Source: Gemmatimonadota bacterium | GTDB taxonomy: Bacteria; Latescibacterota; UBA2968; UBA8231 | Direction: 5' to 3' | Assembly: GCA_002712305.1 (NCBI GenBank) | Contig: PATE01000102.1 | Span: forward strand, 1-55,090 | DNA: 55,090 nucleotides | Shown: piece after piece, positions 9,620-18,013 of the stretch | How positions within the stretch are numbered: position 1 is the stretch's first letter | How the letters are laid out: the number at the start of each line of letters is the position of its first letter | Position numbers and translations under genes: made by a program | The notes under the pieces: model-generated | What the model saw: only the letters and a program-made list of their open reading frames with translations | What the model was told of the DNA's origin: nothing | Database searches by the model: none

Positions 9620-11548
9620 GTGTCTCTGCTGACGGCCAATGAGTTGGGGCGGTCCTACGGCGCCACGAGCATCTTCGCCGATGTGAGTCTGCGCATCGAG
9701 GCAGACGATCGGATCGGACTCGTGGGACCGAACGGCGAAGGCAAGACGACCCTTCTGCGGCTGATTGCGGGGCTTGATTCGCCGACAACCGGATCGATTC
9801 ATCGACGGCGCGATCTGCGCGTGGGGTATCTGGCACAGGACGATGGCCAGCCGCCCCCTGATCAGGATCTATGGACGGCGACGCTGAGTGCCTTCGACAC
9901 GCTGCGGGCTCTGGAGCGCCAGCTTCAGGAGCAGGCCGATCAACTAGCCGATGAAGATGCGCTGCGCCGATACGCCCAGATGCAGGCAGAGTTCGAGCGC
10001 CTTGATGGCTACACCTACGAGAGCCGCACCAAGCAGGTCCTGGAAGGCCTCGGTTTCGACGCGCCTGACTTTCGGCGCCCCCTCGCCGAGTTCAGCGGCG
10101 GGCAGCGAACTCGGGCTTCTCTGGCACGACTGCTGTTGGAAGCGCCCGATCTGCTCCTGCTCGACGAACCGACGAACTACCTCGATCTCGAAGCGGTGGA
10201 ATGGCTCGAACACTGGTTGTCCGAAGCCCAGGTCTCCTACGTCATCGTCTCACACGATCGTTACTTCCTCAACCGGGTCAGTGGCCGGATCTGGGAGATG
10301 GCCTTCGGTCGGCTGGAAACCTACCGTGGCAATTATTCTGCCTACGCGCGGCAACGCCAGGAACGATACGAGCGCCGCTTGAAGGAGTGGGAGACCCAGC
10401 AGGCCTATGTGGCCAAGACGGAGGACTTCGTTCGACGCTTCCTGGCCGGCCAGCGCACCAAGGAGGCCCAGGGAAGACGCAAACGACTGGCGCGTTATCT
10501 GCGTGATGAAGGAGTCGACAAGCCACAGCAGCACAAGCGGGTGCACCTCAACCTGGGTGATGCCGAACGCAGTGGAGATGAGGTGCTCGGGCTGCGCGAT
10601 CTGCAACTGGGCTACTCCGATACCGCGCCACCCCTCGTGCAGGCGCCAGAGGCGCTCATCGAACGCGGCGAGCGTATTGCGGTGATCGGTTCCAATGGTG
10701 CGGGCAAGACCACCCTCGTTCGCACCATTCTCGGTGAACTGGCGCCTTTGTCGGGCGAACTGCGACTCGGTGCACGCGTGCAGGTCGGATATCTCCCTCA
10801 ACTGCAGGAGCACCTGGATCCGGGCCATACGGTTCTGGATGCTGTGCAGGAGGTCAGCCCCGAATCGAAACCGGCCGAACTGCGCAATCTGCTGGGTGGA
10901 TTCCTGCTGTCCGGCGACGATGTGGATAAACGGATCTCCGAGCTTAGTGGTGGAGAACGAAGCCGTGTCTCGCTGGCGCGTCTCGTTTTGGCCGGTGCAA
11001 ACTTCCTCATTCTCGATGAACCGACGAACCATCTCGACATCACTTCCCAGGAAGTGCTCGAGCAAGTGCTGGAAGATTTCGGTGGTACGATCCTGCTGGT
11101 CAGCCACGACCGGTATCTGATTCAGTCGTTGGCGACCGGTATCTGGAGAGTCGCCGACGGAGAGCTGTCGAGTTTCGATGGGGATTGGGAGGCCTATGTC
11201 CTCTGGCGAGAGCGTCAGGTCGTTGAACTGGAGTCTGCTACAGGTAAGGCGAGCTCACGCCAACAGACACGCGAAGAGCAGCGCGAAGCGCGTCGGTTGC
11301 GAAAGCAGCGGGAGAAAGCGCTGGCGCGTCAGGAGGAGGTGGAGCAGCAGATCGCGCAATTGGAGAACGACAAGGACGGGATCGGCGAACAGATCGGAAA
11401 AGCAGGAGAGCGACAGGATCTCGACGCGGTCGCCGAACTGTCGCAGAAGCTGCAGCAGACGGAGCGACAGATCGCCGCCCTGTACTCTGAGTGGGAGAAT
11501 CTCGCCACGGGCCTCGAAGAGGGTCTGGCCGAGACTCCGATGGGGTGA
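9620..11548 (+). CDS. ABC-F family ATPase (Uup/YheS-like) with C-terminal coiled coil
   Basis: Two ABC cassettes (GPNGEGKT/FSGGQ/LLLDEPTN and GSNGAGKT/LSGGE/LILDEPTNHLD), no TM segments, and a C-terminal coiled coil. Confidence 0.95.
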   Translation: MSLLTANELGRSYGATSIFADVSLRIEADDRIGLVGPNGEGKTTLLRLIAGLDSPTTGSIHRRRDLRVGYLAQDDGQPPPDQDLWTATLSAFDTLRALERQLQEQADQLADEDALRRYAQMQAEFERLDGYTYESRTKQVLEGLGFDAPDFRRPLAEFSGGQRTRASLARLLLEAPDLLLLDEPTNYLDLEAVEWLEHWLSEAQVSYVIVSHDRYFLNRVSGRIWEMAFGRLETYRGNYSAYARQRQERYERRLKEWETQQAYVAKTEDFVRRFLAGQRTKEAQGRRKRLARYLRDEGVDKPQQHKRVHLNLGDAERSGDEVLGLRDLQLGYSDTAPPLVQAPEALIERGERIAVIGSNGAGKTTLVRTILGELAPLSGELRLGARVQVGYLPQLQEHLDPGHTVLDAVQEVSPESKPAELRNLLGGFLLSGDDVDKRISELSGGERSRVSLARLVLAGANFLILDEPTNHLDITSQEVLEQVLEDFGGTILLVSHDRYLIQSLATGIWRVADGELSSFDGDWEAYVLWRERQVVELESATGKASSRQQTREEQREARRLRKQREKALARQEEVEQQIAQLENDKDGIGEQIGKAGERQDLDAVAELSQKLQQTERQIAALYSEWENLATGLEEGLAETPMG

Positions 11549-11637
11549 TACCATTGGCGGCTCTCAGACGTGGTTCCACACCGTCCCTCACGACGGCCGT
11601 GGATTCTATCGCTATTTGCCAGAATTTCGCCTTCCAC

Positions 11638-11847
11638 TGGACGACGGAGGTGATTCCGAATCCCAATCCAACGCTCGAGTTTCCCGTGCATCAGGAGATC
11701 ATTACCAAGGCCGGGATCTGGAATCTGGAGAACATGCAGTATGACGGGTTGGTCGAGGACGAGGTGTACGAGTTCCTCTTCGTCTTTGCTCCGATCTCCT
11801 TCAAGGGGGCAACGGGCTCACCCGGACGTCCCATCGCGATGCGGTAA
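11638..11847 (+). pseudogene. C-terminal remnant of a cyclase (kynurenine formamidase-like) family gene
   Basis: WTTEVIPNP...FPVHQEII.KAGIWNLEN...YEFLFVFAP..FKGATGSPGRPIA is the typical cyclase-family C-terminus. The N-terminal region with the HxGTHxD motif is absent. Confidence 0.75.
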
Positions 11848-11873
11848 TCAATCGGCTGCCAGGAAAGCACATC

Positions 11874-14552
11874 ATGACCACGCCAACACCCTCTTCGCTG
11901 TCTCGATTCTGTCGCACGGTTCTGCCCCAGATGGTTGCCGCCTCGGATGGCAAACGCACACTGAAGACCATCGATGACATCCAAGCGACGGATCAGTACA
12001 ACTCGTTCGATCGATTCCACGACACGAGCCAGACCCTCGTCGACTACTACCAGCGTGCGGGTGCCGGTGCCGAGATCACACCGATTCAGACGGGCGGTGA
12101 TATCGGCACAGGTCGATGGATCATTCAGGAGGCGCAGGATGTGCATTCGGCCACCGTCGATGTGGTGGCTCCCGTGCGCCAGCGGATCATCGACTTCAAG
12201 GAGAATCCCTGGCATGTGGTGCAGTGGTCGTCGGCCACGCCAAAACAAGGCCTGCACTGTGAGTTGGTGGTGATCGACGATCTGGCGTCGCTATCGAGTC
12301 TACGACCGGGGGCGCTGCGCGGGAAGGCCGTGTTGACCCGTGGCAATATCCGCGGAATGACGATGAAACAGCTGGCCCATGTAGGGGCCGCCGTCGTGAT
12401 CACCGACATCGATGTGACCAACAATCCAGATGCCCTGGCGTGGACGAAGTTTGGCTGGGGCATGGTGCCCATGAGCCATGCCACTGCCCGCATCGTCGGA
12501 TTGGTCATGTCGACGCAGCAGGGCGATCGCCTGAGAAGACTCCATCAGCGCCATGGAGGGTTGCAGCTGCGGGTGAAGGTGGACGTGCGAAAGTATGTGG
12601 GCCACCACGACATGGTGTCCGGTCTGATTCGTGGCTCCGAGGATCCGCAGGATGAGATCTGGGCCATCGCACACAGTGGTGAACCGGGCGCGATCGACAA
12701 CGCTTCGGGATGTGCCGTCACTGTCGAGATCGCGCAGATCATCGAAGGCCTCATTGCGAAGGGCACGCTGCGGCGGCCCCGTCGTACGATCAGGCTGCTC
12801 AATGCCTACGAGTGCTACGGATTTTTTGCCTATCTGGAGAGAGAGCACAGTCTCCAGACACCGATGGCCGGTGTGTGCATCGACACGGTCGGCGCCAAGC
12901 CGAGTGTGTGCGGTGGGCGACTCGAATGGCATGCGACGATCCCATCGTCGGCGGGGTTCGTCGACTGGATTGGTGAGAAGATCCTCCGGGCAACGCTGGG
13001 CAACTACAAGGCAGCCGGGTACAAACTGTGCATGGAAGACTTCATGTCCACGTCCGATACCCTCATCGGAGATCCACAATACGGCTATCCCTGCCCGTGG
13101 ATTACGACCCATCACAAAGAGGGCAAGGGGAGTACGTGGGATGCGTATCACTCCTCCGCTGACCAGCTCAATCTGCTCAGTGCGGCAGGGATGAAGACAT
13201 GCTCGGTGAGCATGGCGGCCTATCTCTACTGGCTGGCCGATATGGATACAACGAGTGCCCTGCAAGTCGCTAAAAGTGAGACCAAGCGGCTGACGGACGT
13301 GATCGATACGTCCCGTCGTCGGCTGGATCGAGCCGGCGCCGACTACATCGCTGAGACCCATGAGGTCGGTATGCAGCGGTTGCAGCGCTTCCTGTGGGGA
13401 GGGGATCGGGCAGCGATTCAGCAGGAGATCGGCGAATGTCGAGCTCAGATGTCTGCGGCTGCGGCGCAGGTGAAGAAACAGGGCCCGAAGAGGCGCCTCG
13501 ATGCTTCTGCTCGGCGGGTGCCGCGACGGACGGCCCTGCTCGCACCCACGACGGAAAACGTGGAGGCTTCCATCGGCAGTCGACTGAGCCAGGCGCGTCT
13601 GTCGCAGTGGTCCCTCTACTGGGCGGATGGGCGCCGCACCGTCGCCGAGATCGCCGATCGAATCAGCTGGGAGTGGGCCGGACTGCTCGCACCGCGAGAT
13701 GGTGGTGGCCCTCGACCCGATGTGTCTGCAGAACGCGTGGCCGGTTACTTCGAGGCGCTGGCAGATCTCGACTACGTGGAGTTGCCGGAACAGGCTGAGA
13801 TGGTAAGTCGGCGAGACATGGTAGATGACCTGCGTGCCCTCGGCATCACCGCCGGGATGGACGTCATGGTTCACAGCTCACTGTCGAAGATCGGTGATGT
13901 TGCCGGTGGTGGGGCCACGGTGGTGGAGGCTCTGGTAGAAGCTGTCGGCTCGCGCGGCACCGTGCTCGCCCCGTCCTTCAATCACAAAGCGGCGCAGGTC
14001 TACAACCCGCTCACAACACCTACGACCAATGGAGCCATCGCCGATGCGCTTTGGCGTCATCCGCGAGCGGCTCGATCGATGCATGCGACCCATGCGGTGG
14101 CTGCCATCGGAGCAAAGGCCGATCACTACGTGGCGGACCATCTACACGCAGGGATCTGGTCCGAAGACAGCCCGATCGGCAAACTCGTGCACGGCGACGG
14201 ATACCTGCTGGCCCTCGGGGTCACACACTGGACGACGACGGCTTACCACGTGGCCGAATGCTCCATGCCCTGTGGATGTATCGATCCCTTCGGCAATGTC
14301 GACCGCGTCGTGACCGAGCAGGGAAGTGTCGAGGAAGTCTGGGGTCTGGCGTTTCGGTCTGGCGAGTGCCCGGTCGAGATCAGCCCGAAACTCGACAGTG
14401 CTCTCGATCGGCGTGGTCTGCAGCGGCGTGGCAAAGTGGGTGACGCAGATTGTGAACTGGTGCGTGCCAGCGATCTGTGGAAGGTCCGGCGTGAGCATCT
14501 GCGGGGTGTCTGCCGCGCGTGCAAGGTGAAACCCAGATACCGGAACGACTGA
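11874..14552 (+). CDS. Fusion: PA-domain/M28-like (DUF4910-type) metallohydrolase + wHTH + AAC(3)/Antibiotic_NAT family N-acetyltransferase
   Basis: N-part has AHSGEPGAIDNASG, NAYECYG, CIDTVG and YHSSAD, then LYWADGRRTVAEIADR (HTH). From nt 13800: LRALGI..GMDVMVHSSLSKIG, GTVLAPSF, RSMHATHAVAAIG and TTAYHVAE. One uninterrupted frame. Confidence 0.85.
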   Translation: MTTPTPSSLSRFCRTVLPQMVAASDGKRTLKTIDDIQATDQYNSFDRFHDTSQTLVDYYQRAGAGAEITPIQTGGDIGTGRWIIQEAQDVHSATVDVVAPVRQRIIDFKENPWHVVQWSSATPKQGLHCELVVIDDLASLSSLRPGALRGKAVLTRGNIRGMTMKQLAHVGAAVVITDIDVTNNPDALAWTKFGWGMVPMSHATARIVGLVMSTQQGDRLRRLHQRHGGLQLRVKVDVRKYVGHHDMVSGLIRGSEDPQDEIWAIAHSGEPGAIDNASGCAVTVEIAQIIEGLIAKGTLRRPRRTIRLLNAYECYGFFAYLEREHSLQTPMAGVCIDTVGAKPSVCGGRLEWHATIPSSAGFVDWIGEKILRATLGNYKAAGYKLCMEDFMSTSDTLIGDPQYGYPCPWITTHHKEGKGSTWDAYHSSADQLNLLSAAGMKTCSVSMAAYLYWLADMDTTSALQVAKSETKRLTDVIDTSRRRLDRAGADYIAETHEVGMQRLQRFLWGGDRAAIQQEIGECRAQMSAAAAQVKKQGPKRRLDASARRVPRRTALLAPTTENVEASIGSRLSQARLSQWSLYWADGRRTVAEIADRISWEWAGLLAPRDGGGPRPDVSAERVAGYFEALADLDYVELPEQAEMVSRRDMVDDLRALGITAGMDVMVHSSLSKIGDVAGGGATVVEALVEAVGSRGTVLAPSFNHKAAQVYNPLTTPTTNGAIADALWRHPRAARSMHATHAVAAIGAKADHYVADHLHAGIWSEDSPIGKLVHGDGYLLALGVTHWTTTAYHVAECSMPCGCIDPFGNVDRVVTEQGSVEEVWGLAFRSGECPVEISPKLDSALDRRGLQRRGKVGDADCELVRASDLWKVRREHLRGVCRACKVKPRYRND

Positions 14553-14588
14553 ACCGTATCTCATCGACCATCAACGTCAGGAGTGGAC

Positions 14589-15461
14589 GTGTCTGACTCT
14601 TCGAAGGCGATTACGCTTCTCAGTATCGGCGCTCATCCCGCGGACGTGTTCGACCAGTCCGGTGGCACGATGGCCCACCACGTGGCGCGTGGGGATCGAG
14701 TCGCTGCAGCGGTGCTCACCCACGGCGCACGAGTACACGATGCCGTTATCTCAAGCCAGATGTTCGAGCGCGAAACGGTTCCTGAAGCCGATGAACTGGC
14801 CGCTCTCATGCAGGAACGGGCCGACAACAAGGCACAGGAAGTGCGTAGGGCCTGCGAGGCACTCGGCTTCAACGAGTTGTATTTCCTCGGTCTCGACGAC
14901 GCGGCCCTGCTACTGACCGAAGAGGCTGTGCGACAGTTGGCGCGGCTGATTCGGGACGTGCGACCGAACATCGTATTGACCCACTATCCCGGCGAAGGGA
15001 ATGGGGTGACCAACCAGCACGCCATCGGTGGCCAGATCGCCCTCTATGCCATGCAGTTGGCGTCTAACGTGGATCCTGGAGACACGAATCCACCGCACAA
15101 GGTTGCGCAGGTCTTCTTCTTCGGTACCGGCGCTGCCTCCGTGCGCAGTGATCTGTGGAGCGCCGCCGGTGGATTCACCAATGACGTGTTTATCGATACG
15201 ACCGATGTAATCGACAAGAAGCTGGCCTCCCTCGACGCCCTCGAGAGTCAGGGGTATGGCGGCGCCTACGCGCGAAAGCGCATCGAGACCGCCGATGGCG
15301 CCTTCGGCAGTGGCGCTCGCACGCCCTATGCCGAGGGATTCATCAAGATGAATGCGGAGGTGCACTATCATCTGCCGGTAACGGAGCGTGCGCTGGCCAT
15401 GTCCACCATGAGCGATCATGAGATGATCGAGCGACAGTCAACACGTCACAATGCGGGGTAG
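14589..15461 (+). CDS. PIG-L/LmbE family deacetylase-like protein (divergent motifs)
   Basis: IGAHPADxxxxxGGT, LTHG, E..RAC.ALG, IRDVRPNIVLTH, KKLASL and YAEGF. AGGAG RBS favours GTG 14589 over GTG 14583. Confidence 0.85.
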   Translation: MSDSSKAITLLSIGAHPADVFDQSGGTMAHHVARGDRVAAAVLTHGARVHDAVISSQMFERETVPEADELAALMQERADNKAQEVRRACEALGFNELYFLGLDDAALLLTEEAVRQLARLIRDVRPNIVLTHYPGEGNGVTNQHAIGGQIALYAMQLASNVDPGDTNPPHKVAQVFFFGTGAASVRSDLWSAAGGFTNDVFIDTTDVIDKKLASLDALESQGYGGAYARKRIETADGAFGSGARTPYAEGFIKMNAEVHYHLPVTERALAMSTMSDHEMIERQSTRHNAG

Positions 15462-15469
15462 ATAGCTGG

Positions 15470-16480
15470 ATGTACGAGTCGCTGGGTGAGGTGGTTCTCA
15501 AAGATGGCGAACGCGTTGAGGCGGGAGTGGTGGCTTGCCCTGACCCGGCATGGGCAGAGCGAATTGAAGCACTGCTGGGCCACAAGGGGGAGATCTGGCG
15601 CTGGCAGAATCGATGCTGCGCTCGTGACGAACTCGGGCTCGATGCCCGCTACTACCTTTTACATCGTGATGGCGATCCTTTCGCCAACATGCTCACGGCG
15701 ACCTACAAAGGGGTGGGTCACTTTGGCCACGTCTTCACCATCCCCGAGGATCGTCGAAAGGGAGCCGCTCATCAGCTGATGGGACTGCTCATGGAGGACT
15801 TCCGGCAGCGCAGTGGTCGCGCCCTCTTCCTTGGAACCGGTTTCGATTCGGCGCCCTATCACATCTATCGGCGTCACGGATTCGAAGGACTGCAACCGGG
15901 AAGCGGACAGATGGAGTATTATGTCGACGGCGATGGCGGCAGCTTTCGGGAAGCGTATTTCGCCACGGGTGACGTGGAGACAGGTGTTCCCGAGTGGCGG
16001 CACTGGCCAGCGTCTGGAGCGTTGTTTACCAGCACGTTTGACGGAGTGGTCCGCTGCCCAAGTCTGGGTCTGCATGGACGCAACTCCACAGAAGCTCCTT
16101 TCCTGGAGGTGTTGAAACGCGCCCAGCACGATCGTGAAAACCAGCACGGCATTGACACGATCGTGACAGAACGAACCGATACGGGCGCTGTTGTCGCTGT
16201 TGCCCGAAAGAGTCGACATCCCTTGTGGTCGCATCGGCAACTTCTCGATCTCTATGGACATCCCGAAGCCCAGCAGGAGATGTCCGCCAGTGTAGAAGCC
16301 CTCGGCTCGCTGGACGCAGGTTGTGTCAGCTACAGCGACGGCAACGAGACACGGGAAGCAGTGCTTTCGGCGGCCGGTTTTCGCGAGATCTCGCGTCTTC
16401 CCCAGTGGGTTGGCGCGGCGAAGGATGAACGAACATTCGTCGAGGTTGGGGCAGATGTAGGGGTTTGGGCCAAGGGCTGA
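15470..16480 (+). CDS. GNAT family N-acetyltransferase, with a degenerate second GNAT-like half
   Basis: GHVFTIPEDRRKGAA acetyl-CoA binding motif and APYHIYRRHGF; C-terminal LSAAGFRE. Confidence 0.8.
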   Translation: MYESLGEVVLKDGERVEAGVVACPDPAWAERIEALLGHKGEIWRWQNRCCARDELGLDARYYLLHRDGDPFANMLTATYKGVGHFGHVFTIPEDRRKGAAHQLMGLLMEDFRQRSGRALFLGTGFDSAPYHIYRRHGFEGLQPGSGQMEYYVDGDGGSFREAYFATGDVETGVPEWRHWPASGALFTSTFDGVVRCPSLGLHGRNSTEAPFLEVLKRAQHDRENQHGIDTIVTERTDTGAVVAVARKSRHPLWSHRQLLDLYGHPEAQQEMSASVEALGSLDAGCVSYSDGNETREAVLSAAGFREISRLPQWVGAAKDERTFVEVGADVGVWAKG

Positions 16481-16789
16481 ACAAAAAAAGTGGCGAAAAG
16501 CCCCAGTTTTTTCTAGCGTAGACTAGACCAAATGCCTATCTTGGAATGCAAGCGTCGTAAAAACAACAGCTAGAGCTAGATTTTCCCTTCCCTTGGCTTG
16601 GCTGTCAGATACTACATAGTATTCCTTCAAATAACATGTGAAGAAAGGTCGCGCGCTGGGGTGCGCGATCTCGAGGGCCGGTGGGACCGAGGCGATTCCA
16701 CTGGCCCTCTTTCTGTACTCTCCAACGGCGCCAAATCACCCGAAAATCATGCCCTTTCGTCGCGAAACTGGGCTAGCGCCCCAATTCGC

Positions 16790-16818
16790 TTGACATTGGG
16801 AATTGGGCGCTGTAAAGT
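16790..16818 (+). promoter_or_regulatory. Sigma70-type promoter
   Basis: TTGACA (16790-16795), 17-nt spacer, TAAAGT (16813-16818). The -35 is flanked by an inverted repeat at 16775-16811. Confidence 0.75.
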
Positions 16819-16824
16819 TCTGCC

Positions 16825-16973
16825 ATCCCCACGGTCCGTCTTTCGGGATGGGCCGAACTGGAATGACGGTAGGCCGCCTCGTACCGCCATTTCAGAAGTC
16901 GAGCGGACCTCGCTCTCTCCCCCGCTCGAGTTTCTCCCTAAACAGGGGGCCTCCCCAGGCCCCCTGTTTTTTT
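16825..16973 (+). ncRNA. Candidate structured small RNA or attenuator leader (three hairpins + intrinsic terminator)
   Basis: Lies between the promoter and the terminator. Hairpins at 16832-16855 (UUCG loop), 16858-16895 and 16899-16929, with several G-U pairs that favour the + strand. Family not recognised. Confidence 0.6.
16940..16973 (+). terminator. Rho-independent terminator
   Basis: AAACAGGGGGCCT-CCCC-AGGCCCCCTGTTT followed by a further T run. Confidence 0.85.
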
Positions 16974-17017
16974 GTTCTATTCCGGGTAACACTCAGACTC
17001 CATCACGAGGAAGCACC

Positions 17018-18013
17018 ATGGCGAGAATTCGCATGGCCCAGTACGGCACCGGACATGGGCACGCCGGGGGCAAGATGAACTCCATGCTCAAACATCCGGA
17101 TGTCGAAGTGGCCGGCATCTTCGAGCCGAATGCTGAGAAGGCGGCGGCGGCGCGGAGCGGTTCCGCATTCGCCGACGTGACCTGGTTTGAGAGCGAGCAC
17201 CAGATGCTCGAAGACGACACGATCATCGCCATTGCATCAGAAGGCAGCAATGACGAGAGTCTGCCACAGACAGAGGCGATCATCCAGGCTGGAAAGCATG
17301 CCTGGTACGACAAACCTGCGGGCGAAGACTTTCCACGCTGGCAGGCCGTCGTCGACACGGCACGCAGCAAGGGGCTCCACATTCAGATGGGATACATGCT
17401 GCGTTATCATCCCGCCTTCATGCAGGTTGCCGATTGGGCACGGGAGGGTTTTCTCGGAGACGTGTTCTCTATTCGAGGACATATGTCGACGAGTGTCCCG
17501 CCCGAATCACAGGCGAAGATCGCCGCCCACAAAGGGGGGATTCACTTCGACCTCGGCGGGCATATGCTCGATCAGGTCGTGTGGATCCTAGGGCGGCCAG
17601 AGCGGGTGACCTCGTTCCTGCGCAGCGACACGGCCGATGTACCAGACTTCACCGACAACAGTCTCGTCGTGTATGAGTTCGACAACGCCATGGCTTTCAT
17701 CGACATCGCCGCGATGGAGACGCGACCGATGGCGCGTCGTTTCGAAGTGTTTGGTACCAAAGGGAGTGCGATTCTGCTGGAGCCCTTCGAGCCTGGTGGG
17801 CGGATTCGCCTGGCCCTCGACGAGGCCCGAGGTGGATATGAAGAAGGGGAGCAACTCATCGAACTGAAACCGATGGGCAGAGGTGAGACCTACGATCGTG
17901 AACTCGACCATTTCCTGAGCGTCGTGCTCGACGGCGCTGCACCGGATCGTGGTCTGGACTTTGAACTGCTCGTGCAGGAGACACTGCTGCGCGGCACGGG
18001 GCACCTGTCATGA
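17018..18013 (+). CDS. Gfo/Idh/MocA family oxidoreductase
   Basis: Rossmann start MARIRMAQYGTGHGH, HAWYDKP, GYMLRY and DLGGHMLD. GAGGAAG RBS precedes ATG 17018. Confidence 0.9.
   Translation: MARIRMAQYGTGHGHAGGKMNSMLKHPDVEVAGIFEPNAEKAAAARSGSAFADVTWFESEHQMLEDDTIIAIASEGSNDESLPQTEAIIQAGKHAWYDKPAGEDFPRWQAVVDTARSKGLHIQMGYMLRYHPAFMQVADWAREGFLGDVFSIRGHMSTSVPPESQAKIAAHKGGIHFDLGGHMLDQVVWILGRPERVTSFLRSDTADVPDFTDNSLVVYEFDNAMAFIDIAAMETRPMARRFEVFGTKGSAILLEPFEPGGRIRLALDEARGGYEEGEQLIELKPMGRGETYDRELDHFLSVVLDGAAPDRGLDFELLVQETLLRGTGHLS

Noticed and set aside
9620-11548. Antibiotic-resistance ABC-F
   Set aside because: The architecture with a C-terminal coiled coil fits housekeeping Uup/YheS-type proteins; there is no leader peptide or mobile context.
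12300-13874. Long antisense ORFs (also 1239..2234, 2340..3338, 29022..30107, 41008..42015 and others)
   Set aside because: These are shadow frames of well-supported genes in GC-rich DNA and carry no motifs.
13800-14552. Acquired aminoglycoside resistance gene aac(3)
   Set aside because: The domain is fused to a hydrolase, matches host composition and has no mobile context. The family includes many non-resistance enzymes.
16602-16617. LexA/SOS box (CTGT-N8-ACAT)
   Set aside because: It is an imperfect match to a proteobacterial consensus and no repair gene lies downstream.
16598-17017. 140-aa N-terminal extension of the 16598..18013 ORF
   Set aside because: It runs through a promoter, hairpins and a terminator. 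The Rossmann fold and RBS begin at ATG 17018.
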